From Octopus vulgaris (lineage: Eukaryota), in contig OX597835.1 of NCBI GenBank assembly GCA_951406725.2, positions 41,292,001 to 41,356,000 on the forward strand: a stretch of DNA of 64,000 bases, given 5' to 3'. Under the pieces are notes generated by a model, which saw nothing but the letters and a program-made list of their open reading frames with translations, was not told where the DNA came from and did no database searches. Below, one piece after another: positions 12,835-25,165 of the stretch; position 1 is the stretch's first letter; every line of letters begins with the position of its first letter. Position numbers and translations under genes: made by a program.

Positions 12835-13052
12835 TCTGTGTGTTTGTGTGTCTGTGTTTGTCTCCCTAGCATTGCTTGACAACCGGTGCTGGTGTGTTTA
12901 CGTCCCCATCACTTAGCGGTTCGGCAAAAGAGACCGATAGAATAAGTACTGGGCTTACAAAGAATAAGTCCCGGGGTTGAGTTGCTCGATTAAAGGCGGT
13001 GCTCCAGCATGGCCGCAGTCAAATGACTGAAACAAGTAAAAGAGTAAAGAGT
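12618..13052 (+). mobile_element. tRNA/CORE-like SINE family B, full length with internal (TA)n
   Basis: Head GGCGCAGGAGTGGCTGTGTGGTAAG...GGTTCAGTCCC, CORE-like GCACCTTGGGCAAGTGTCTT, tail GAAACAAGTAAAAGAG. Copies or fragments near 1, 13148, 29654, 39469, 48700, 51478 and 53823. Confidence 0.85.
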
Positions 13053-13098
13053 ATAAATGATTTTACTTGCTCATTTTGAGGTCATAGCTAGTCATGCT

Positions 13099-13136
<38 letters not shown>

Positions 13137-14847
13137 ACATCTATATAGGTGCAGGAACGACTGTGTGGATTTGGAAGCTTTCTTCCCAACAACATGGTCT
13201 TGGGTTCAGTCCCTCAGCATGGCACTATGGGCAAGTGCTTTCTACTATAGCCCCAGACCAACCAATTCCTTGTGAGTGAATTTGGTAGATGGAAACTGAA
13301 AGAAGCCTACCATGTATACACACATGCACATACACATATTAGCAACAACATTTTTTTGAAATAACTGATTATAAGGAATAAGTAAGTGATTATCCAATCA
13401 ATCATTGGAATTGAAGATAGTTTGCATCTAAATTAACGTACAGTTCCACATCATTGAACGCAAAAAAAAATCAACATAAAACTTTGATTAGTTCGACCTG
13501 AAAGGATATTAAAGTAAACATCCTGAAGAAACTGCACCAGTATTAGGGTAATGTTGCAATTGCAATGCATTTCTGTGTGTGTGTGTGTGTGTTTACATGC
13601 GCGTTTCAGTATCTGTCTCACACTAATTATGTACATTAATTACAAAAAAAAAAAGAAAAGGTAATGAAAAAAATATTAAAAAAAAAAATTAATTAAACAA
13701 ATTTGACACATTCAGAAAATAATATAGAAAAAAATTAGAGAATTTCTCATTTTTTTTATTTGTTGTTGTTATTATTATTATTATTATTATTATTGTCGTC
13801 GTCATTAATTAGTGTTGGATTAAAAGATACTTGAATAAGATCTCTCTCAGACTGTTTCAGAAACATTATAATAATAATAATAATAATATAATATAATATC
13901 ATCATCATCATCATCATCATAATAATAATTTTTTATTTGTTGTGATTAACCTAGTTTTCTGTGTACACGTCTAGACTATTTTAAATCGCTGTAAGGCAGT
14001 TTTATTGCATCTGTCAAACGTGGCCAACTCTATGAAGTGCATTCCAAAAGCTTTGAGACATTTTCTGGAGAGACATTCATTAATTTCAAAGAAGTACAAA
14101 ACTCTAATCTCCTTCAGGGTAGGATCTTCTGAACGGCTGCAATGCACTTGTAAGGCTCCAACCATTTTGTGAAGGACTCCATGGAAGTCCTCTAAAGTGA
14201 AGGTGCCCGGGACCTTTGTTTCAGCCTCCCTCAACTTCTCAATCATCATCATCATCATTTAGCGTCCGCTTTCCATGCTAGTATGGGTTGGCCGATTCAA
14301 CTGGGGTCTGGGAAGCCAGAAGGCTGCGCCAGGCCCAGTCTGATCTGGCAGTGTTTCTACGGCTGGATGCCCTTCCTAATGTCAACCACTCTGAGAGTGT
14401 AGTGGGTGCTTTTTACGTGCCAGATGAGGCTGGCAAACAGCCACAATCGGATGGTGCCTTTTACATGCCACCGGCACGGGAGCCAGGCGAGGCTGGCAAC
14501 AGCCATGATCAGATGGTGCTTTATACGTGCTACTGGCATGGAGGCCTGTCGAGGTGGCGCTGGCAACGGCCACGTTCGGCTGGTTCACTTACATGCCACC
14601 GGCACTGGTATCACAGCTATAATTTCCATTATTTTCAAAAAAAAAAAAACGACTACTGTATGTCTTCAGCTTGTGGAACCACCAAAGTCACAGGGAGCAA
14701 GGTCAGGACTTTAGCGATGGTGAGGGATGATAAAAAGATTTTTATTATTATTATTATTATTATTCTAATGTTTCTGAAACAGTCTGAGAGAGATCTTATT
14801 CAAATTAATCTTTTAATCCAACACTAATTAATGACGACAACAACAAC

Positions 14848-14878
<31 letters not shown>

Positions 14879-16499
14879 AAAAAGCTGAGAAATTCTCTAA
14901 GAGTTGGTTGCCAGGATGGAATTGTGAACTGGTGCATTGTCCTGGTTCAGATGCTCAAGCCATTTGCAATTTAATCTCTTCCTGAACTCCCTCAAAAACC
15001 CCTACAAAGCACTATTTTTTTTTTTTTACTGTCTAGCCAGAGGGGACCCAGTGGCTGTAGACGATGTCCTTGCTGTCGAAAAAGGGATCATCATAAGCTC
15101 CCCACTGGACTGGCTATGCCTAGTCCCTTGTGGCAGCGAAAAACATATGCTTGGCTCACACAAGTCAATCTACAAGAAGTCTGGAGCATAAACTTCTGCA
15201 GTGTTTTTGCCCAGTTTAATGCAAAACACACGCACATCTATGTGTGTGTGTGTGTGTGTGTTTGTGTGCATGTGTATATATATGCACACACACACACATG
15301 ATGGGATTCTTTCAGTTTCTTATTTCTTTACTGCCCACAAGGGGCTAAACACAGAGTGGACAAACAAGGACAGATAAACAGATTAAGTCGATTATATCAA
15401 CCCCAGTGTGTAACTGGTACATATTTAACTGACCCCGAAAGGATGAAAGGCAAAGTCGACCTCAGCGGAATTTGAACTCAGAACGTAGTGGCAGACGAAA
15501 TACCGCTAAGCATTTCGCCCAGTGTGCTAACGACTCTGCCAGCTCACTGCCTTCTACTAAATTTACGTACAAGGCATTAGTCAGCCCTGGGTTATAATGG
15601 AAGACACTTGCTCCAGATACTGTGCAGTGAGAGTGAACCTAAGACCATGTGCTTGGGTAACAAGTTTCTTAACCATACTATCAGACTTGTATATGTTCAG
15701 AGTGTAATGTGAAATTAAATAACAAAGGAATAAAAATATCATTATGAATTTCAGTAGCATACAGTTGTTTCTGCTATAAAATGCAGTGCACTCATAGTTG
15801 AAGCTCTGATGAAGTTATAGTGTGATACTCAAGCACTTAACTATGAATGCATTGTATCTCATAACAGAAACGGTTGTAAGCTAATGAAGTCCAAAACATA
15901 ATTGTTTATTCCTATGTCATTCTATTTAATTATATAAAATTCATTTTAATGTCCATTAGGATTGAGCTTGAGGCCTCATGGTTGCAAAGTCAACTTCTTG
16001 ACCACTCAGCCATGGTGGCGTCCCATGTCAGTGTTGAACAGCAAAAAATTTGGTCTTCATTATGATATTGGTTCCAGTTAAGTTCTGAGTTCAAATCCTG
16101 GGTTGGTCAACAGTGCCTTTCATCCTTCCAGATTCAATAAAATAACATATCAATTAAGAACCAGGGTTGATCGAATCAATTAGCAAAATTCCTTCCAAAA
16201 TTTTTTGCCGTGGATCTTTGTTACAAATCATTTCTATGCTGTGTCTCAGAGGCCCGTAGCCAGGCCTGGTTGACTTGTTTGAGCTCCAAGGTCAATAGAA
16301 CCGGCACCCAGTGTGGTAAGAATTTCTGATGTTGATGCCATCAATTGAAATAATCCTTGGAGGAGGTGCCCCAGTATGGCCACAGTCCAATGATAGAAAT
16401 AGCAAAAGAATAGGATACATGTATGTGTGTGTGTATTATCTTTTCACATGACCTCTCTGAACCAACAAAATTGCCAATCCTGTATTTGTCTGTCTATTG

Positions 16500-16834
16500 T
16501 TCTATCTACATATCTATCTATCTATCTCTATCCCCCCTCTCTATCTATCTAACTATCTATTCCCCCACTCTCTCTCCATCTATCTATCTATCTATCCCCC
16601 CTCTCTTCATCTATCTATCTCTCCCCCCTCCATCTATCTATTTATCCCCCTCTCTTTTTATCTATCTATCTATCTATCCCCCTATCTCCATCTATCTATC
16701 TATCCCCCCTCTCTCTCCATCTATCTATCTCCCTATCTCTATCCCCCTCTCCATCTATCTATCTATCCCCCCTCTCTCTCCATCTACATATCTATCTATC
16801 TTCCTACCTACCCACCTACTTATCTATCTGAGAT

Positions 16835-16907
<73 letters not shown>

Positions 16908-16912
16908 TACAT
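16500..16912. repeat. Compound (TCTA)n / C-run / (CA)n microsatellite
   Basis: Seen directly. Confidence 0.9.
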
Positions 16913-17291
16913 GTGTGTGTGCGTATGTAATATTATGTTCTTGTTTCACCTGTGATGTTCATCTTTCTGATAACCTCACCTGATTGGCAGTTATGGGTGC
17001 AGTGCATACAGATGTGTCTTTGGTTGGTAAGAGGTGCAATCGGGGCTATCATGCCTCTACTTGTTATCTATGTCCAGTTCAATATTTGTTGTTGTTGTTT
17101 GTTTGTCTTTTTAAAATCTTTATCAGAACACAATGGCTGAATAATAACGTAACAGGATATTTCACCCCAGGCTGACGTCATCCCTAAATGTTTTACAAGA
17201 CAACACTTCACTTTAGATTCCATTTAATCTTAGTTACTGGAATATTACTATGTACACTATCAGTTTCTAATAGTGTAACCACCACTACCAC

Positions 17292-17332
<41 letters not shown>

Positions 17333-17490
17333 TAGCTGTTTATCTTGATATGAGATCACCATGTCGTGCACATATGTTTGTGATGCATGTGCCTGGTGTA
17401 CCCTTATCAGACGGGTAGTCATGATGAGTATACTGGGCTTCGTATATTTTACCCCAGTGTCACTTTGATGGCATGCACTGCTCTCTCACT

Positions 17491-17524
<34 letters not shown>

Positions 17525-18643
17525 GCTTTCTACTAAAAGCACAAAGCCTGGAATTTCAGTGGCGGTAGTAAGTCGATTAAATTGACCCCAGTACGCAACT
17601 GGTACTTATTTTATCAACACTGAAAGGATGGAAGGCAAAGTTGCCCTTGGCAGAATTTGAACTCAGAATGTAGTGGTGAACAAAATGCCTCTAAGCATTT
17701 TGCTTGGCATGCTAATGACTCTGCCAGCTCTCCACCTTTATCATTATCATCATCATTATCATCATCATCATCGTTTAACGTCCGTTTTCCGCGCTAGCAC
17801 GGGTTGGATGGTTCGACCGGGGTCTGGGGAGCCAGGGTCTGCCCCAGGCTCCAGTCTGATCTGGCAGTGTTTCTACAGCTGGATGCCCTTCCTAACGCCA
17901 ACCACTCCGTGAGTGTAGTGGGTGCTTTTTACGTGCCACCTGCACAGGTGCCAGAGGGGTCTGGCATCGGCCACGATCGGTTGGTGCTTTTTTTATGTGC
18001 CACCGGCACAGAAGCCAGTCGAGGCGGTGCTGGCATCAGCCACGTTCGGATGGTGCTTTTATGTCCCACTGGCACAATAATAATAATCCTTTCTATTATA
18101 GGCACAAGGCCTGAAATTACATTGACCCCGGGGCTCAACTGGTACTTAATTTATTGACCCTGAAAGTCTGAAAACAAAGTTGAGCTCTGGAATTTGAACT
18201 TAGAACATAAGGGCAGATGAAATGTCACTAACCATTTCACCCAGCATGCTAACGGTTCTGGCAGCTCACCATCTTAAAATAATAATAATAATGGTAATCA
18301 TTTAACATCTGTTTTCCTTGCTGGCATGGGTTGGATGGATTGACAGGAGCCTGCAAGCTGGAGGGCTATACCAGGCTCCATTTGTCTGTTTTGGCATGGT
18401 TTCTATGACTGGATGCCCTTCCTAATGCCAACCACTTTACAGAGTGTACTGTGTGCTTTTTACATGGCACCAGCACAGATGCTCAAATTTTGACACAAGG
18501 CCAGCAACTTCGGGAGACAGGATAAGTCGATTACATCGACCCCAGTGCTCAACTGGTATTTATTTTATCAACCCTGAAAGGATGAGAGGCAAAGACAACC
18601 CCAGCAGCATTTGAACTCAAAATGTAAAGTCAGAAGAAATACT

Positions 18644-18877
18644 TATTTCTTTACTACCCACAAGGGGCTAAACATAGAGGGGACAAACAAGGACAGACAA
18701 AGGGATTAAGTCGATTACATCGACCCCTGTGTGTAACTGGTACTTAATTTATCGACCCCGAAAGCATGAAAGGCAAAGTTGACCTCCGGCGGAATTTGAA
18801 CTCAGAACGTAACAGCAGACGAAATACCGCTAAGCATTTTGCCTGGCGTGCTAACGTTTCTGCCAGCTCACCACCTT
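18644..18877 (-). mobile_element. SINE A nested in an older SINE A-related copy
   Basis: 16-bp TSD AGTCAGAAGAAATACT at 18628-18643 and 18878-18893. Confidence 0.85.
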
Positions 18878-19279
18878 AGTCAGAAGAAATACTGCTAAGC
18901 ATTTTTCTTTGAGCAGTAAAGATTCTACCAGCTCACCACAGTAGTAGTAGTAGTAGCAGTAGGAACAACAACCATAATAATGGTTTCAAATTTTGGTACA
19001 GGACCAGCATGTTTTAAGGGCAAGGGGCTAGTTGATTACGTTGATCTCAGTACTTGATTGGTACTTCCTTTCTACTATAGTCAAAAGGTTTGAAATTTAT
19101 GGGAAGGGAACTGATTGATTATAACAGCCCTCAGTGTTCAACGAGTGCTTATTTCATTAACTCCAAAGAGACGAAACGCAAAGTTAACCTTGGCAGGATT
19201 TGAACTCCAAAGTTAAAGACAGACGAAATGTCACTAAGCATCTTGTCTGGCATTCTAACAATTCTGCTAGCTTGCCGCC

Positions 19280-19316
<37 letters not shown>

Positions 19317-19724
19317 TGGCACATCATCATTCTTCTCATTATCATTATGTAATCTACTAGTCCCCTACCCCAAATTTCAAGCTTTGTGCCTTTCGTAGAA
19401 AGGACTACTAGTAGTAGTAGTAGAATAAGAACAAGAACAAGAACATTGGCATTATCTCTCCGTCACAATAAACATTAAGTTGCGCTCGATTTTTCCTTTA
19501 AAACGGAAATATCTCATCTCGGGACTCCGACGGAAAAAAAGAAACATTTTATGACAATTGGTCTAAGGGAAGTAACTCTAATATTTTGAATAAATTCGGA
19601 AGATTTACGTCCCTTCGTTCGCGGTTTTTTTTTTTTTGTTTTTTGGTTCTTGTTTTCTTTTAAAACTGTTCCATTTGTTTCAGTGATGGGCTTGGATGCT
19701 GCTTTCAACGGTTTATAGGCAGTT

Positions 19725-19775
19725 ATGTCGATCCTAGAATTTATACAGCTGCGCTTTCAAGAAACTAAAAAGCAG
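19725..19775 (+). CDS. Tentative first coding exon of the PH-PTB adaptor gene (MSILEFIQLRFQETKKQ)
   Basis: Polypyrimidine tract and TTTCAG acceptor ending at 19683. ATG at 19725 opens 17 codons ending CAG|GTCTGA in phase 0, matching the phase-0 start of the next exon. The donor is weak and there is no homology support. Confidence 0.4.
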
Positions 19776-20651
19776 GTCTGACCCAGATCTTTTGCTTAGC
19801 GTCAAAATATTTAAAATATTTAACATTAAAAAGTTAACTATGAATATACCATCAAGAAAATAAAACCATATTAGATATTGACTAATGTTATTTTAATTAT
19901 TTCTTTTATTAGAGTGGATAATTAGGTCTATTTCAATCTTATTTGACCTCATCAGCAATGCATAGATTTCACTGTAATTACAAAAACAGTTATGAGACAG
20001 TTTTAAGTGAATTCATGATACAAAACACTGTTTGAGGTAAATAAATAGAATTGTTTATAGAATTACTCAGAATCGCCCTCAAGGGATAAAAATCAATAGT
20101 CATCACTCCTTTCCTGTTTTATCTTAGTTTTGTGACTGAGTTATTGAATGGACAGTCTCACCTCTTAAGAATCACCCATACTTCACTGAAATTATTTTGC
20201 CAAAGATTTTTAAAGGCAAATTTAGTGTTGCTTTCACTAGTTGCTTTCAATCTGTTTGAGTTTGTTGTACAAGAGATTAAGTTACCATATTCCTGGCACA
20301 TTTTATATGGAAAGTTAAAAGAAATAGCTGAAAAACGCCTGTTTTAATATTAGAAATTTACAAGGCTTAGGAGTACCCAAATGCTCCTTTGTGGGGCACC
20401 ATTTCAGTGCCTTTGCATTTTATTCAATACTGTCCACTGTTTAAGACTTTTGGAATTTTCCTGCCATGACTTGGATATATAATCCATCCACCTAACCCAA
20501 TTTTCTCCACCCTTACCTCGTCCTCTCTTTTCTGTTTTTATCTTTTATTTTTTTTGTTTTTACACTTTTTAAAATTATATTTCTTTACTGTTTCTTTATT
20601 TTTTTTTTTACATTTCCTACTAAACCTTGATATCATCCTTTCTGACTTCAG

Positions 20652-20808
20652 GATCACTTGTACAAGCTGCGCAACATAGCTCGCCTGAAAACATTTAGTA
20701 TAAATTACAAACCATGGAGACTAAAATACTTCATTTTAAAGAAAAAAGATGCCCACCTCATGCTGGAATATTATGATCGACAACCGACGCCAAAGAGGAC
20801 CCCTAAAA
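20652..20808 (+). CDS. DOK/IRS-like adaptor exon: N-terminal half of PH domain (DHLYKLRNIARLKTFSINYKPWRLKYFILKKKDAHLMLEYYD...)
   Basis: TTCAG acceptor and A|GTAAGA donor (phase 1). PH beta1-beta3 pattern LYK...W+xxYFIL...LEYY. Confidence 0.85.
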
Positions 20809-21093
20809 GTAAGACAACATTTACCATATTCTTTAATGCACACAGACATAGCTGTTGGTGAATTGGGCTTCTTATTTGTAACCTTAACAATATGTTTGAA
20901 GTGATTGTGTGAGTAGAGGGAGGAAGGTGCTTCTTGTTGCCTTCTCGGTGGAGGCATAAAAAATAAGCGTTAGGGAATCTGTGGTGTTCATTCCTTTTCC
21001 AAGAGTATTTTTTAATCTAAGTTAAGTCTTTCTACCTAATCTTTCTGGGGGGGGGGAATTTAGAAAAGGAGAAACTGCATGGGATCCTGTTGA

Positions 21094-21600
21094 ATAATAA
21101 TAATAATGAAATTATTGTATACAGTGCTCAGGTGCACCACAACTTGTCAGAGTATATGCAGTAATGAACAAATGTCTGGAAAGTGAACAATGTATGAGTC
21201 AGATACATGCTTGTGTGTGTATGGAGGGGAGAAAATCAGGTGTAGTGTTGGCGAATCTCAGGAAGCATGGAAGTTTTGAAGGATGCTGTGCTCTGGCAAC
21301 TAACAACTGATGCCAGCAGTTTGTTCCATGCTTCAGCAACTCTCAGCGTGAAAAAATGTTTCCTAAAGTCATGGGAGCTGTGCTGTTTTCTGACTTTGTA
21401 AATATGTCCACGGGTGTTAGATGGGTGGAGTTTGAAAAGGTGCTCAGAGTTATTGTTAGTAAGATGGTTAATAATTTTATGGGTGTCTGCCAAGTCAGCT
21501 GCCAGACGTCGGAGTTTCAATGTATCCATGCCCAGGGAAGTAAGGCGTTCAGAATATGGCAAATGCCTGATGGAGGGTATTCTTCTGGTTGCACGTCGCT
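21094..21600 (-). mobile_element. CR1-group LINE ORF2 C-terminus plus 3' UTR
   Basis: PYSERLTSLGMDTLKLRRLAADL...TRGH.YKVRKQ...RKHFFTLRVAEAWNKL followed by an (ATT)n tail. Confidence 0.88.
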
Positions 21601-22183
21601 AAATAGATTGTGCATTCCAGCTGTGACCATCCTGTCTTTTTTTGTGTTTGGTGTAGTGTATCATCAACTGCATTCAGTTTCCAGCACATCCATTTCTGAA
21701 GATGGTAGGATGTGATATGAAGGAGCGAGTTTGGGGAGGAAGAATTGGACAAAGTGGTCAGTACAGGGACTGGGATGTGGTGGTGGTGGGACAGGAGGAG
21801 GAGGGCGATGATGATGAGAGACTGGTAAACTTAGGAATTATCTTAGTGGAGGTGGTCCCTGATCAGCTCCTACCTCAGAAGAACAGGAGCCATTGTAATT
21901 GTGGGAGAGGAGACAGAGAATGGACCCAGCACATGTGGGTCCAGATGTTGAAGTGAGATGATGCCAAATCAGACTGGAGTCTGGTGCAACCGCTCAGCTT
22001 ACTAGCCCTGGTCAAACCGTCCAACTCATGCCATCATGGACAACGGACATTAAATGATAGTGATGATGATGATGAATGAAATATGGTGTCCTAACCAGCA
22101 ATTAATCTTTGATTATAGTCCTGCTTGATTAGATCTAACCTGGTGGAATTAATACAACTGATTTTGTTTTCTTGCCTTTGCAG

Positions 22184-22363
22184 TGCAACTGTTACTACAC
22201 AAATACCGTGTGGAGAAGATTACCAATTCTAAGAACCGTGCTTATGTTTTCGAAATCACCACACCTGAGCGAAGGCTTTGCCTCTCAGCCAATGAACAGC
22301 GATCTATGGATATGTTTGTGTTCTTTCTACAAATTCAACGCAAACTAATACGAGAACTAACAG
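22184..22363 (+). CDS. DOK/IRS-like adaptor exon: C-terminal half of PH domain (MQLLLHKYRVEKITNSKNRAYVFEITTPERRLCLSANEQRSMDMFVFFLQIQRKLIRELT)
   Basis: TTTGCAG acceptor and G|GTGAGT donor, phase 1-1, 180 nt. PH-type 'FEITTPERxxxLSA' followed by the terminal helix. Confidence 0.9.
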
Positions 22364-23003
22364 GTGAGTTAATTAACACATCTTTACTTAAACACTTTAA
22401 TTGGATATTTTTTTTAAAAATTTTTTCTACATACTTTCTTCCATTTCCTCTCAATTTCGTCTTCCTCTTCTTCTCCTTGAATACTTGTCTTTTTCTTTCT
22501 TTATTTATTTCTTCCCCACCATCTCCGTATACATTTACACATGGACTTCTGCATGTGTAAATGTGTTTGTGCGATAAACACAAGGCCTGGATCATGTGGT
22601 TCTGCATCCAAATGCACCATGAACACCCACTGCAGAGGATGCAAACAGTGACAGTGGTGAAATGTACATAGGGAACAAATTGTACAAATCACATGTTGTG
22701 TGTATCCTACATTTTCCTACATGTGGTCTCATCATCATCATCATTTAACGTCCGTTTTCCATGCTAGCATGGGTTGGATGGTTCGACCAGGGTCTGGGAA
22801 GCCAGGAGGCTGCACCAGGCTCTAGTCTGATTTGGCAGTGTTTCTACAGCTGGATGCCCTTCCTAATGCCAACCATTCCGTGAGTGTAGTGGGTGCTTTT
22901 TATGTGCCACCAGCACAGGGGCCAGAGCAGGCTGGCAAACGGTTTGGTGCTTTTACATGTCACCAACACGGACGCCAGTCAGGCGGATTATGAAAAATAG
23001 CAA

Positions 23004-24716
23004 ATCATAATTGGTAACACTACCAAATAGGGAACAAATGGTACAAATGACATGTTGTGTGTATCCTACATTTTCCTACATGTGGTCTGTATATCATAAT
23101 TGGTAACACTACCAAATAGGGAACAAATGGTACAAATGACATGTTGTCTGTATCCTACATTTTCCTACATGTGGTCTGTATATCATAATTGGTAACACTA
23201 CCAAATAGGGAACAAATGGTACAAATGACATGTTGTGTGTATCCTACATTTTCCTACATGTGGTCTGTATATCATAATTGGTAACACTACCAAATAGGGA
23301 ACAAATGGTACAAATGACATGTTGTGTGTATCCTACCTTTTCCTACATGTGGTCTGTATATCATAATTGGTAACACTACCAAATAGGGAACAAATGGTAC
23401 AAATGACATGTTGTGTGTATCCTACATTTTCCTACATGTGGTCTGTATATCATAATTGGTAACACTACCAAATAGGGAACAAATGGTACAAATGACATGT
23501 TGTGTGTATCCTACATTTTCCTACATGTGGTCTGTATATCATAATTGGTAACACTACCAAATAGGGAACAAATGGTACAAATGACATGTTGTCTGTATCC
23601 TACATTTTCCTACATGTGGTCTGTATATCATAATTGGTAACACTACCAAATAGGAAAGAAATGGTACAAATCACATGTTGTGTGCATCCTACATTTTCCT
23701 ACATGTGGTCTGTATATCATAATTGGTAACACTACCAAATAGGGAACAAATGGTACAAATGACATGTTGTGTGTATCCTACATTTTCCTACATGTGGTCT
23801 GTATATCATAATTGGTAACACTACCAAATAGGGAACAAATGGTACAAATGACATGTTGTGTGTATCCTACATTTTCCTACATGTGGTCTGTATATCATAA
23901 TTGGTAACACTACCAAATAGGGAACAAATGGTACAAATGACATGTTGTGTGTATCCTACCTTTTCCTACATGTGGTCTGTATATCATAATTGGTAACACT
24001 ACCAAATAGGGAACAAATGGTACAAATGACATGTTGTGTGTATCCTACATTTTCCTACATGTGGTCTGTATATCATAATTGGTAACACTACCAAATAGGG
24101 AACAAATGGTACAAATGACATGTTGTGTGTATCCTACATTTTCCTACATGTGGTCTGTATATCATAATTGGTAACACTACCAAATAGGAAAGAAATGGTA
24201 CAAATGACATGTTGTGTGCATCCTACATTTTCCTACATGTGGTCTGTATATCATAATTGGTAACACTACCAAATAGGGAACAAATGGTACAAATGACATG
24301 TTGTGTGTATCCTACATTTTCCTACATGTGGTCTGTATATCATAATTGGTAACACTACCAAATAGGAAAGAAATGGTACAAATGACATGTTGTGTGCATC
24401 CTACATTTTCCTACATGTGGTCTGTATATCATAATTGGTAACACTACCAAATAGGGAACAAATGGTACAAATGACATGTTGTGTGTATCCTACATTTTCC
24501 TACATGTGGTCTGTATATCATAATTGGTAACGCTACCAAATAGGGAACAAATGGTACAAATCACATGTTGTGTGCATCCTATATTTTCCTACATGTGGTC
24601 TGTATATCATAATTGGTAACACTACCAAATAGGGAACAAATGGTACAAATGACATGTTGTGTGCATCATACATTTTCCTACATGTGGTCTGTATATCATA
24701 ATTGGTAACACTACCA
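23004..24716. repeat. 89-bp tandem repeat, ~19 near-identical copies
   Basis: Unit ATCATAATTGGTAACACTACCAAATAGGGAACAAATGGTACAAATGACATGTTGTGTGTATCCTACATTTTCCTACATGTGGTCTGTAT, starting at 23004, 23093, 23182 and so on. Degenerate units at 22668-22729 and 24840-25165. Confidence 0.97.
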
Positions 24717-25165
24717 AGTAAATTGGTACAAATGACATGTTGTGTATATCACTTTACTGAAACTAAACTTGTTACATGATACAAATCACATATGTGAACT
24801 CTAAATTCACCAGTAGCAGTTTTACATCCTAACTGTATGCATAATTGGTAACACGCTGCCAAATAGGGAACAAATGGTACAAATGACATGTTGTGTATCC
24901 TACCAGTGAACCGTATATGAACACATTCTCTGTTGGATCCTATATTTTCCTACAGTGGTCTGTTGTAGTGGCAGCTCAGGCCTCTGCTACATTTCTAGGA
25001 GCCACTTGGTAACACTACTCAGCATCTGCACACAAATAGTCCTACTGCCACATGGTATCCTACATTTTCCTACATGTGGTCTGTATATCATTTGCAGTGC
25101 TTCTCTTCTGTTCGTCGATTTTAATTGGTACACTACCAAATAGATGGTACTGAATGTGTGTATCC

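Noticed and set aside
19925-19965. Minus-strand CTGATGA-GGTC-aaataa-GATT-GAAA hammerhead-like motif
   Set aside because: Core boxes and a weak stem II are present, but no convincing stem I, stem III or NUH site. At best a decayed remnant.
23004-24716. CRISPR-like array or coding repeat
   Set aside because: The units are contiguous and near-identical with no unique spacers and no cas genes. The unit length is not a multiple of 3 and the ORF track shows no ORF across it.
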